Source of the DNA: Amoebidium appalachense
Taxonomy: Eukaryota; Protista; Ichthyosporea
Length of the DNA: 64,000 bases
Direction: 5' to 3'
Assembly (NCBI GenBank): GCA_963693365.1
Contig: CAVNZM010000004.1
Span: 6,016,564-6,080,563, forward strand
A model generated the notes under the pieces. It worked only from the letters and a program-made list of their open reading frames with translations. It had not been told where the DNA came from and did not search any database. The translations under genes and the position numbers were made by a program. Positions 25,367 through 56,972 of the stretch are shown here, one piece after another; position 1 is the stretch's first letter; every line of letters starts with the position of its first letter.

Positions 25367-26223
25367 ATGGGGTGTGGATGAGGAGGGGTACGTAGATGCT
25401 AGATGATATATCAGGATGAGTAGTGTAAAACTTAGCTGTGTCCACGATGTATTGGAGACTGGTCATGTACTGTGCCTAATGATATCTGCTATAGGGCCTT
25501 TAATTGATGTCTTGGCCGCGCAAGCAAGGAATCCTTGCGGCAAATAAACTGATGAGTGCACGTGACGGCTGGAGTAAACTGGCTTGAGTGCGCTTGAGAG
25601 TGTTTTTTACTCAGTCCGAAAGGGGTGACTTTGCTGAACAAACACAAAAGGGCCGCGGTCATCGTGACTCTCTGCTGTGTTTATGTAGCCTTTTTTAACT
25701 AAAATATGTGCGACGCTGTTACGCCATTGGTGGAATGCTGTGGAAGGCGGGAACGGTTCCACACGGCACTGGATCCTCGAGCCTTGGAAAGCTTTTTAAA
25801 ATTTTGGGGGAACGGTGCCTCGGTGGAACGCCACGGGTTTGATTTGTTGATGATGTTCCACGGCACGAACTTGCACTGCTCTGCCCCTCCTCACCACCGT
25901 GCACACAGCACTATATAGTGCTTGTTTCTTTCTTGTTCTTGCCTTGGCTGGAATAGTTCAAACTTCAAGCTCCACGCCACATGTCCTTGGAAAACGTAAA
26001 ACACACACGCCCCGATCAATATGGGTGCTGCACCTCCAACGGGTTAGACTTCTCAAAGCGTTCAACCTGTGAAACCTACAACCACAAAGCCTGTTCTGTT
26101 CTGCTTGACGATCAGAACACAAACACTGCCTCTCTACACCCTAGACCGACACGCCATCAGTATTAGTCGGTGTTCCGTTTTATTTGCTTAGTCTTTTTCT
26201 TAGTAGACATAGGTGGTGCATCC

Positions 26224-35218
<8,995 letters not shown>

Positions 35219-36236
35219 TATTTATTAATTATGACACGCCCAATCACCATGCATCAATAAGATTTAATGTGTTTACAGCAAATAAAAAATACTTTGTCGA
35301 AATGTTTTATTGGATCCTTGTTGGAGAGTCTTTGGTGCGATTTGCAGAGCTAGCATTTTTTTCTCATATTAATTAAGAAAAATGTAGTGATTCCTTGATG
35401 TTCGTGACTAGTTTAATCCTCCCCCCCCCCCCCCCCCCCCTTTTTTTTTTGTTTTCCCCTTTTCCCCTTCCACCGCCAGCAAACGAACAAAGTTTGGGGG
35501 CGGAACGGGGGGCGCTGGTGGTATTAGTAAGCGGGACCCTTAGACTGTGCTTATAATGCGGATTGCAGTAAGATTCGGCTGAAGTGAATATTCAAACTCA
35601 TCTAGCTTCTTCTTTTTGTGGTTAGTATATTTGTTTGCTTGGGTTCTATGCTTTTCAAGTGACATATGATTTGAGCCATATGGCACAGACTGATTGATGG
35701 CAGAATGAATGCAAACGGGCAGAGACAGCCCATTGATAAATAAACGTACGGTGCATATGCAAAACCGAACGATGCTCCGGAATAAAGAATTGCTCGGCCT
35801 CAACTAGAGTTAGCCTATGATGTACCAGTCATTGGTGTGCATCCCTGTGTTACCATTTTATTGGATTAGCCGGTGTACATGGACGTGATATGCATGTCAG
35901 CGGATGCACAGGCGCCGGACGCACCTTGGGATGTGTATACGTATCCATAACGGCACGGTGTATACGTGTGTGTGTGCATGACTTCTATGCAATATTGTAA
36001 TTCATGAACACACCGATTGCGACTGTGTGGGACAACCACACAACCCACCAAAGAGTACACCAGCTGGGTTGAACAATATTAATAACAATGGCAGAACCGT
36101 TCTAAGCTACTCTACAGATAATCTATTGCACATAAATGTATAGGGAAAAACCCGCATGCGATCAATCGATTCAGGTTCGATTGATTGATTTAGCCGCCGT
36201 GATATGGTGACATATGGAGCCCCCCCCCCCCCCCCC

Positions 36237-36282
<46 letters not shown>

Positions 36283-36639
36283 ATCCTATGAATCGATGTA
36301 TATATTGCTTGCTACTCCACGGCCAGGTGCTTTGAGCGCACCCCACCAGTTACGTAAAATGCAATACAACCAGTGCTGCGTATCTTTAGATTATCTGAAG
36401 TTGTTTTTTAGACAACAACCTAGTACCTTTAATAATCAAACAATGTTATGCATACTGCCACACGGTCATGTCCAAATTGGATTATCGAAAAGCCATACAC
36501 TGAAAATTAACTCCAGAACATCCAACCATAAATGCATTGCTAATAATGATTCTCATCCCAGCAAAATAACCATTTTTTCCAAATTACCACCATACTAGTG
36601 CGGTCTGAATTCTGCCCACCCATATTAGGCCCACACCAC

Positions 36640-46080
<9,441 letters not shown>

Positions 46081-47888
46081 TTTGAATGTATTTTGGTGCT
46101 TTCAGCACGGGAAAACAAGGGAAATTTACAAAGTGCTACCTATTTGTAACTCTCTTAGAATTCATGGACGAAAAAAAATCGGGTTGAACACGAGTACTGG
46201 GTGACACAAGATGATGGAAGTGAGTGACGTGTATTAGGTTTGCTGTTTTCCGTCTGCTTGGAAACAAAAATATTGTAGCTATGTTCCTACTAACGCTACT
46301 ACTGCCACTACTCACATGTATGTATTCTAACAAACACCGTCTCGCTCCATTCTAATCCACTGTGGCACCACTTCAACCTGGCAACCTTCAAAAGTCACAG
46401 ACACGCATGCATCCAGACAGAGGCTCAAGTCGGTCACAATGCTTTTCTTCTTGAAACCCAAGGCTTGGCTCATGGCATTACATATTTATCCCCATTCTCT
46501 ATGACCCTGCAGTAGTTAGAAAAATAATATGCGCCTACGTCTACATATTCTGTCTTAGCTAAATTTAGACTCCAAACTTGGTTTCAATATCCTGTAAGAA
46601 TGCCGCCGGGAGGAAGAGGAACAGGGTGAGAATTAGTTGTGCGTTTAAACAGGTTCGAAGTATTTTGGTCGATTTTCTTGTTAAAAAGTAGATTTATTCT
46701 TGTAATAATGGCCGTTTTTAACAATAAAATCGTAAAGAAAAAACTTCATCGGGTGGTTTTTTGACATATGCACGTTTGGGATTTTAGGGGTACTATTGTG
46801 GTCCTACAGTCCTAAGCCCGTTCAAGGATGATTTCTCTCACCCTGGTATGGAATCTATCAACAGCGAGTTAGCGCCATCCAACTTAACCCCGATGTTAAA
46901 AGATGGGTAACTTATAAGTACACTCAACTTTGAGGCGCTCAGCTTCTTTTTCCCCGACACGCAACGGACCACTACTATTAGTAGAAAAGTTGCCTTTCAT
47001 AGTGAAGAGCGCGCACATATAATTGTTTTTGCGGTGTTTATGTCTGATTTATTAATGTTTACTATAAGCGATCATCAAGGGGTAGCGTGGTCTAAACTAA
47101 GTTACCCATCTTGCAACTAAATTACCCATCATTGGGCGGCGGCGGCTGCATCAGTTGAATTGCCTTGGCAGCCGCGGATCCAGACGCAATCAGAGGGAGG
47201 CCAAAAAGCTGCCCGCTGAAGAGGAAAAAGGTGTCGCATTGCATAAATTATTTATACAATGCCCTATTCTCTTGATGCGCCCTAATAATATAATGCATTT
47301 TCTGTGCTCATAGAAAATTTCAGTTCTCTACGACAATTTTAACTGTATAAATTTGATGTTCTTTGTCGAGGGAAAAGTAATTTAGGATACTTATTGAGCG
47401 ATTTTTGAAGAAATTCCCGGGATAGGAGATGGGTAACTTAGTATGGCACCCTCGTGACGCCGGGGTTAAGTTGGCAACCTCCAGGGCAACATTCCAACGC
47501 GATAAAAGTGCTATTTCGGGCGTCGGATGTACATACATACATACAGGTCGGACATTCGAAAAGTTTGAAAACGGGCGGCGCGTTCTAATTTTAGCACCAA
47601 TTAAATTAAGCACCAATCATACAGCAGCTATTATAACTGTATATAGCATATGAAAACGTATAATGTGGAGAGATCCGAGCAATATATCACGCATTCCCGC
47701 CCACGCCAAAGCTACGCAAACGAGTCGTCTTGCGTTCGAAGTTCTCAGCTGCACTGCAGCGGCATGGCGGGCTGCAGTTGCAGGTTGCCGTGTAACACCG
47801 AATGAGCAAGACCGAACACCGAAGGAGCAACGGTAACCGGTCCAAACCCCTCCCTTCCCCCTCCCCCCTCCCCTCCCCCCCTCCCCCT

Positions 47889-47965
<77 letters not shown>

Positions 47966-48099
47966 CCCCATCCGGCGCCGCTCTCTGCTCCCTTCCCTTT
48001 TTACCATCTTCCCCGGCATGCCTTTCGGAGGCAGATGGAATCAGCGGGCAAATACATGTCATAACAGTAACAGTGGTGTAACAACCCTCGATGACTGGA

Positions 48100-48144
<45 letters not shown>

Positions 48145-49772
48145 ACCCTTCACCTCCCCTCCCCACCCACCCACCACCAAAGCCTCCCGGCCTTTCCCTA
48201 CCGGTGCCATCACCACAATTGCGGCATCATACCCCCACCTTAGTCTAGGCTTCCCGTCATCATCTGCCCGTGCCACGGCTGTTCTTCTCACATCCCAGTT
48301 GAGTATTCCGATGGTCCTTAATCTGCCTTGCCTGCGCATTTAGTTTGTAACGGATGAAACAATCACTCGGCCTCTCGGGCCCATGGGCCAGGAGACTGGC
48401 CAGGTACATGACGATTGCAACACGGTACGTTCCTTGCTTGTATGTAGGTCAGTCACCCCATATGCCATGAAGCAGAGAAACACCAAGGACTCCTGTTTGC
48501 TTGCAAAGGCGTACTCATATCTTGAATCAAAAATGGTCCTTTGCACAACACAAATATTCATGTATGTGTACGATGTGTACACACATCTAGAAGTTCTGCA
48601 CTCACCGTGAGCACACCGAGAGAGAGCCTGATACGCACTTCGACTCTATTAGTTCCTCCCTCCCCCAACCCGCCCGCTGTTTCACGGATTCCCCAGGGCC
48701 TAAGGGAGCTAAAACCACCGACTCACACAAACAAATATGTCCAAGCAGAGGCCCACGGTCGAGTGATGCAAGTAGGAGCCAAGCTTAGGTTTAATGTTCC
48801 TTTTAAGTCTGTGGCAACCCCCCCCCCCCCTTCGAATTCCCCAACCCAACCCATTCACGAGCTCACCCAACAATGTGACTTTCACACACGCCACCTCACT
48901 CACAAAAGTCACTCCAAGCAAAACTAGATGAGTCATTCTTCTTCACACTCGGCTATGCCGCACAAGGCCACACCATCCGAAATGCTTGAAGACACTGCAG
49001 CAGTTTTCTATGTCAGCACGTCATCACGTTCATTCTTTTGGTGCATCCTTCGACACGAGGCTACATGGACGCACGTAGCATAGACCTTCCCTCGTTAATT
49101 TGCACATCCGTGCCGTGTGACCAGCAACAGCCCCTATTGAGTCAGTTTTCCAAATGGCTCACCTAAAGTTAGGGAATACGAGGTCTGTTATTGGAGCTTT
49201 GCGAGAATCAGTGTTGTACCGTCAACTCAGATCATTCGTGCATATTCAGTACATCATCTGATTTCTGTACGGGCTGACCCCTATTGTACACGTGAACATG
49301 CAGGTTTCGTTTCATTCAGTAAGCCCATCGTCATTCTTGTGTGTATGTCTATGGACGTGCATCTGCGTGTGTGCTAAAAAGGTTGCAGTGGAAAAAAAGA
49401 GGGGCTAGGTGTCACAACTTTCTGGCCTTCACATAGTCCGCTTACCACAGAACTCACTCTAATACACCACCAACTACACTCTCCCTAAGAAAAAAAAAAA
49501 AAAAAAAAAACTGTACGCAGCACCAAACGTACTGAGCTAGAAAATGTACAGCAAACAGAAGACTTATTCCCATCAAAAGCTGGCTGTTGTACACTTCCCT
49601 CCTTAAGTCCCTACCAGCACAACACAGCCATACCCCTCAAGTGACCTTTCCAAGAACACGAGCAACGCTTCTTCTCGTCGGGCTCCCATTCTTCCTTGCA
49701 ATGTGGCAGTGGAGCCCGTTGTTTTGATCATCGTAGATACTCAAACATGCAACCCTCCAAGAGAGCAGGCAC

Positions 49773-50312
49773 TCACTTCGTTATTTGGTCAACAACAAAG
49801 TCCAGCCCCGCGTACAGCCCGTCGCCGCTTACACCACAGCACGGTTGAATGTGCCAAGCGTGGTCCTTTATACTGCTAAGATTCAAGTACTCGGTTATCT
49901 CCGCAGCAGACATGCGCCCCTCGACATCCTGCTTGTTAGCAAATACAAGTAGGGAGGCACCTTTCAGGCTCTCGTTGCCAAGCATCTTGTACAGTTCCTC
50001 CTTGGATGTGCTCAGTCTCTCTCTGTCCACGCTGTCAACAACTAGTATCACCACCTTGGTGTCGGTGTAGTATGTGCTCCACATGTTGCGTAATGATTCC
50101 TGTCCGCCTATGTCCCACATGACAAAGTGTATGTTTTTGTACTTCACCTCCTCAACGTTGCTTCCTATTGTGGGTGATGTTACTACAGCTTCACCCATGA
50201 GCAAGCGGTATAAAATGGTCGTTTTTCCTGCATTATCAAGGCCGACAATAATAACCTTAACCTCTGCCCCGGAGAAAAAAAGACCCCACAACTTGGTGAA
50301 AAGAAGCCCCAT
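49773..50312 (-). CDS. ARL5: ADP-ribosylation factor-like GTPase ARL5, intronless CDS, 179 aa
   Basis: MGLLFTKLW myristoylation-type N-terminus, [33 protein letters not shown]; typical ARL5 signatures. Confidence 0.95.
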   Translation of the reverse strand: MGLLFTKLWGLFFSGAEVKVIIVGLDNAGKTTILYRLLMGEAVVTSPTIGSNVEEVKYKNIHFVMWDIGGQESLRNMWSTYYTDTKVVILVVDSVDRERLSTSKEELYKMLGNESLKGASLLVFANKQDVEGRMSAAEITEYLNLSSIKDHAWHIQPCCGVSGDGLYAGLDFVVDQITK

Positions 50313-52156
50313 CCTCCCGGGCGGTGTAACGAACCCGGGGTAAACTGTGTGCGTGTTAGGGGCGTGGAAGGTGTCTGGAAGGAAACAAATATATGACTGG
50401 TGGGTGTCGGTGTAGATCGTTGCACTTCTTCTTATGACAGTAGGGACTTGCCACTGTGTTTGCTAATGCGTATGGTGTCGAAAAGCTTTAGACTAAAGTA
50501 CCACCAGAACTCTGAGTAGTTATCATAGCCTGCTATATAACGTGACAATTGCAAGAACTGTTCAATTTTGAGTCCAACTTCGCGAGAAGGCTTCGGCGAG
50601 CGAGCGCTCGAGCTTTGAGCTTCGCAAGAGCGTTTCTAAAGCTTCAGTGACGCGAACGGTTGCTAAGGCGCCGCGCCTCACAGTGATGATCGTGATCGCT
50701 GGGAAAAATCGGGCGATCGGATCCAGTGAGTCAAACGGCTCCAAGATCTGACTTTCATGAGCCTGCCTGAGGTGTCGTCGGACAAAAGACTCAGATTATT
50801 GTTATATTTGTCTGGAGTGTTCTTGTTCATAATACCTGCTTTTACATATTACTATACATATATACATATGAGACTTATAGGCTAGACTTTGCGTTTGTTC
50901 AAATGGCTACATACACCGCGTCTCGGAAGCGGCTGGATGCGAGCAGCTTGCATAAAACTGGTGCCGGTTCGAATCGAATCAAAGCTACGTTCAAAGGAAT
51001 TTTCGGTCCGACATTCGGGCAATCAAGAGCCGGCATGAAAAGGTACTGTATTACTGTTCGCAGGCTTCAGCACATCATGATTAGTACAGTAGCAGCAAAA
51101 AAGCATATTATTTTTGAATAACTCAAAAAAAAAAAAATTCGTCGATATGTGGTTTTGAGAGTTCTTTTTAAACAAGTGGTTGACTCATGGTATGAGCCTC
51201 TCATTCGAGCCATCGACCCGAGCAAAGTTGTAGTGCCCGGTTCGGAAAACTGCTGGCGCTTTGGCCGAGGCTTGGCGGCAGCTCAATCCCCAAAAACTTC
51301 CTGTGGGGTTCCGTTGTGGGTCATTGGGGCATTTTTAAATAATGGGATTCTAGGTCCTTACCTGGTCCTAGGATATCAAATTTCTACACAAAAGTTCTAA
51401 TTTAGTTAAATTCACATTTTCTACTATAAAGTGGACAAGGAGGCATTTGAATCGATCAATTATTCAGCATCATGTGATTCATTTCAATTCTTCAAATTCA
51501 ATCTTACTTTAAAACTTCGAAATGTCTGCCCTGAAATGTAGTGTCACGCCCCATTTGGGTTGTGGGGGACCTACGTACCAGCATCACCTCACGGGCCAGT
51601 GGGCACTTGTTCCAACTTCGTTTTCCGAACTGAGGCCACTTTACTGACGCCGCATGTTTAGTGTTGTTTCATCATAGTTGTGCTATGCTCTTAAGCACTG
51701 CGTTCGTCTTTCAGTGTTATTTCCTTTGCGGCGCAAATTGTGGGGTTTTATCCAGTTGTTAAGAGATATATCGAAATCATACAGGCCGAGCCCTTCTTTC
51801 CGTTGGTGCAGATGTAGGCTGGGAATAGCTATGCACATTGTGTACTCAAGTTTTTTCTGTTTGTCACGTAGGTGCTACTGATTATTAGCCTAGGGGGGTA
51901 AGGAAAGAAGGAACTTGCGCCAAGACTGCACCATACCCGAGTCTCTTGTTACGGTCTGGGCCAGCCCTCTTTGACAAGGGGTTTACAAAACACACAACTT
52001 GGCTCCATATCCTCATAGTTTTCCGACACACACTATTTGGGACCGCCACACATACACTACACTTGTCCCTTTAGCCTCCTCTCACTCTATTAATCACAGG
52101 GAAGTGTTAGCGGGTTAGCTCTCTTGCTCCCTTCTCCTGCCGAGCATCGCCCCACC

Positions 52157-53903
52157 ATGGACAGTTCACGAAGGAGCAGTTTTAACTTTGACGACAGCAC
52201 AAACGAAGAACATGAGAATGGGGGAGCAGGGGCAGAGCAGGCCTCTGGCAACAGCAAAGAGAAGCCAAGCTGCAGCTTCCCGACGCTGATTGCACGCGCA
52301 ATCATGCTCCAGGGGGGGTCTACCACTCTTGCAGGCATATACAACTACTTCATTGAAACGCACCCATACTTCAAGACCTCCCCCGCAAACTGGCGCAACA
52401 GAGTGCGCCACACTCTCACCGTCAGCAAGTGCTTCACGCGCATCCCCTGCGGAAATCGTAGACGGGGGGGTCTATGGACTATACACCCCGAATATACAGA
52501 CTCGTTTCTTCCCGACGGAACTTTCGTGGGCAGGAGGGGGGGCCACGCCGCGGCCCAGGCGGCGGCGGCGGCGGCGGCGGCTGGGAACGGAACGGGGCAA
52601 CATAACAGTCAGTGTGGCTCAGGTTCAAATTTGGGTCTGGAGGACTCACCGAGCAACTTATCGACGGGCAGCTGGGGGCAGAGAGAGAGGGAGAGGTCCG
52701 AGTCCAAAAGCACCGTGCATTTTCTCCTCCCCGCTGGTAAGCGAATATGGAAACAACGACATAAATGCCATGTTGGGTTCGCTGTGGGATAGGGCGGTGG
52801 ATGGGTCGGGCACCCAGGAGTCCCATAGTAATTTCCCTCCGCCAAGGAAAGCGGGGGGGTCTATAACGGTGGGCCTTTTGCAGCACGAACGGGCGCTTGC
52901 CACGTCATCGGTCGCGGATATAAGTAGACCAGGCGGCTTGAGGCGGTCAATGTCGGATGGAAATTTGGCCGGCATGCTCGAGGAGGAATACGATGAGAAC
53001 GTCGACTACAACATGGACCAGTCGGACGGATTCCAAGAAATGATGGGTATGGTTGTGGGGGTCGGGGCGGGGAATGGGTGGGGCCAGGCGCCGAATCCGA
53101 CTGTGACCATTAAGACCGAACAGGCACGACAGCAGCAGCAGAGGGGGGGTCCAAGCGTCGGCGGCCTCTGGGGGGAGGGGACAGGTTTTGCTATTGGACA
53201 GTGGGGCAACCAGGAACCCCAAGTATCGGCCAAGCAGCAAACCTGGCATTCGCCTCACGCAAGCAGCCAAGCAAGTAACCACAACACGAACGGCGGGGGT
53301 TTTCTGGATGGGTTTTTAGCATCTCAGGCGGCGGTGGGGGCCGAAACCGACCAGCACAGACTTGGCCGGCCCACACAACCCCCACACAGGCACAGCATGA
53401 CTGGTCCCTTCCCCCCCCAGCCCATGGCGTCTATGCAGCAAAACACAAGCAGCCTGTTTCCCCCCCTCGAGCCCACCAGCAACGTGTTTCGCCTTCACAA
53501 CCCCCAGCACGCACCGCCGCCTCGAATTGTACAACAGGAGTCTTCGCCCACCCCCACACCCATGCAGATGGATGCGTCCCCAACGTGGGTTGATGCGATC
53601 AATCGGCCTACGGAGCCGCTCAAGGAATCTTTGATTTTCGAGCTGGATGCGCACGACGTAGAGGCGAAACTGCGTGTCTACAACGCAATAGCGTTTGGCG
53701 GGAAACATACACCCGCAAGCGTGGAGAACATACACCGCTTGGCGATGCAGTTGATGAAATCTGCAGAGAACATGGGCAAGATGAGTATCGATGACTTTAG
53801 TGTGTGCTACGGGTCTCGCGTTGCGCTTACCACGCAGGTGGAGGAGGAAGAGGGAGAGGGCACGTATGAGGGGTTGTCCAACGTCGACATCACGGCATGG
53901 TGA
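52157..53903 (+). CDS. Forkhead (winged-helix) transcription factor, about 581 aa once a +1 frame break near 52720 is corrected
   Basis: Kozak CCACCATGG at 52157. Forkhead domain KPSCSFPTLIARAI...TLAGIYNYFIETHPYFK...WRNRVRHTLTVSKCFTRIP...GGLWTI in the first ORF; protein-like Q/P/S-rich sequence continues in the +1 ORF to the stop at 53903. Confidence 0.85.
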
Positions 53904-54113
53904 TTGGGATGTGGGGGCGTAAGAATGGCGAGTGCGCGAAGGTTCGTGGGTATTGATGTGCGGATGTGTGGAACGTATGCTCGCGTGCATGCCTTGGCGC
54001 TCTGTACAAGAAACCGAGGTAACGTTCACGGACATACTTATATACAGGTTATTCAATGAGCTGTGCATGCGAATGTATGCATGGCCTCCACAATTGCCTG
54101 CTCTTTGGGGCGC

Positions 54114-54198
<85 letters not shown>

Positions 54199-54225
54199 CG
54201 CGCACACGCGCACACGCGCGCGCAC

Positions 54226-54485
54226 ACACACACTCACACATGCAGCTTATCGTGATATGAACTATGTCAAGGCTGAGGCTTGCTCTTCCATTTCACATTG
54301 GATAATCTGTGTATCTTTTCGGCTTTGGGCAAACTTTGGGTATATGTATAGCAACACACACTCACACATGCAGCTTATCGTGATATGAACTATGTTAAGG
54401 CTGAGGCTTGCTCTTCCATCTCACATTGGATAATCTGTGTATCTTTTCGGCTTTGGGCAAACTTTGGGTATATGTATAGCAACAC
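54226..54485. repeat. Two-copy tandem duplication, period 128 bp, two substitutions
   Basis: CTCACACATGCAGCTTATCGTGATATGAAC... at 54233 and 54361. Confidence 0.9.
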
Positions 54486-55026
54486 CTTAGTTTAGCACCG
54501 CACCTTTTAATCAGACGAACTAACTGCGAAAACTTTAATGATTCGTGTACTAATCCTCCTTAGTAGCCCATTTCTGACCTTTGCAACTCCATTTATCATA
54601 GTGTTTAAATTGTTTATGCAAATTTGGAATCCCCGTATGACTGGCTCTGGTGTTTAGTATCGCCCAGCGTTTAAAAACTCGTAAACATTGGTCCTGCTGT
54701 CGTCTCATTTTTGTCCTTTTTCTCCACTATTTTTCCCGTTTTGGTATAGATGTTAGCCTAAACCTTAACCATTATTATTCGGAATGCATATGCCAAGTAG
54801 GCAACATTGGTTGCATGATATTGCACCAATAAATGCATGCAGGGATACTTGAGGCCAGCCTTGTTTGTACGCAATATTCATATGTGCAACATTTGTGCTC
54901 CTTGAACAATTCGAGGAATTTCTTTGCCTGGCTTCAAAATTCCATTTACCCCCTCCTCATCCCCCCCCTCCCCCACTTTCGAACACACATACGATCACGC
55001 ACACACATCCACACACACACACACGA

Positions 55027-55094
<68 letters not shown>

Positions 55095-55115
55095 TCACAC
55101 ACACACACACACACG

Positions 55116-55206
<91 letters not shown>

Positions 55207-55583
55207 ACCTCTTTCACCACTGCACAAGTAGAGACAAAAGTACTGATACATACAGGTGCGCGCACGTGCACACACAAGGGTCTTCTCATGCGCAAGCACA
55301 CAGGGAAGGAGAGAGGGAGAGACAAACACGCACACGGAGATACACACACCCACACACACGCGCGCGCATGCACGCACGCACTCACAACCACGTACACACA
55401 CACTTGCACACACACGCTACACGTGTGCGCACACGCACATACACATGCACACACATACTTGCTCGTGCATGCACACACTCACGCGTGCGTGCACACACAT
55501 ACACACACACACGTATATATGATATATATGCTCATGCACCCATGGACACACAGAGAGGGAGAGGTATGCTCATGTTCCGCACC

Positions 55584-55633
<50 letters not shown>

Positions 55634-55636
55634 GTG

Positions 55637-55704
<68 letters not shown>

Positions 55705-56694
55705 CGCCCCTCCTTCCCCCCCCCCTGAGGCTCCCTCCCCCCCCCCCCCCTCCCCCACACACACACATACACACAAAGCTCACGCCCTTCCACACACCCC
55801 TCCCCCACCCCCGCGGCATACACACACGCACACAAACACAAATGTATCTTCATGTCCTCCCACCTCCCCCCCTTTCCCCCCCCTTCTCCCCCCCATCCCC
55901 ACCCCCCCACCCCACCCACACAAACACACGGGCATGCCCAGCTCCCCCCCCACCCCCCCAACCCCCCCCTCCCCGTGTGACACGCACACACACACATACG
56001 CTGGCATGCTCATGCACCACATACACACACATGCAGACATCCACACACAACCTGTCAGTGCACACCCAAAGCCATACATCGACTCAGGCGTGCAGTGCAA
56101 TGCCCCACCAATCACGTGAATGCCTGCCACTACCCACCAATGTGTGGAGACCACGTGCACATTCCAGCCCTCGCTCCTAGCTCTTCCTCACCCTCTCCGG
56201 ATCCATCACTCCTCAACCCCTCCCCCCTCCAACCACCCCCCTCTCCCCTCCTCCCCCCCCTTCACCCCCCTTCCCAGCCGCCGCCTCCGCCGATCGCAAT
56301 GTATGTGTTGCACTCATCCTGCAGTGTGTTTATTGTCAAAATTGGATGCCATTTGTGTTCTGCAGTGCCCCTGAGACATACGCAGACACACACCCGCACA
56401 CTAAAGACACAAAAAAACAAGACTTTCACCGGTGTTGCCTGTGCACGTGTACACCCCATTATAAACGTTTTTTAGGCGTATGAATTTTTCCATAAAAACT
56501 CCACGATTCCCTTAAGGAATATCACACGCGTAAGCTTGTACAAGGTACGTATGTACTACGTGTCCACTTAAAACGCACAAAGACACCATGGGGTATTTCG
56601 GACGGTTTGCGCAGAAAAACACGTGCACATCTGCATTTTACGCAAAACACAGTGCACGTGTACAAGTGCACATCGAGCAAAAACATTGGCGGTG

Positions 56695-56972
56695 TTAAAC
56701 CAACCTCCGCATCTACCATTTTAGACAAAATCGAGGATGATCCGATCGAGGATTTCTTTCGGATGGCCCCCGTCGCGGCTCTTGGAATTCTCGAATCAAT
56801 CAAGCGGTTGAGGACATGACGTCATTCTGACGTTTTTGTTAACAAATGACGTCACGTCCTCGATCGCTTGATATGTTCGAGACTTTCAATAGCCGCGCCA
56901 GGGCTATCCGAAATCCTCGATCGGATCATCCTCGGTCGGGGCTTAGAATGGTAGATACGGAGGTTGGTTTAA
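56695..56972. mobile_element. Long imperfect palindrome / foldback MITE-like element bounded by TTAA
   Basis: Arm 56695-56826 is the reverse complement of arm 56845-56972 (TTAAACCAACCTCCG.ATCTACCATT...CGAGGATGATCCGATCGAGGATTTC...TGACGTCATT) with an 18-nt spacer. Confidence 0.8.

Noticed and set aside
47079-47100. tRNA-like start GGTAGCGTGGTCTAA
   Set aside because: No anticodon arm, T-loop or acceptor stem follows.
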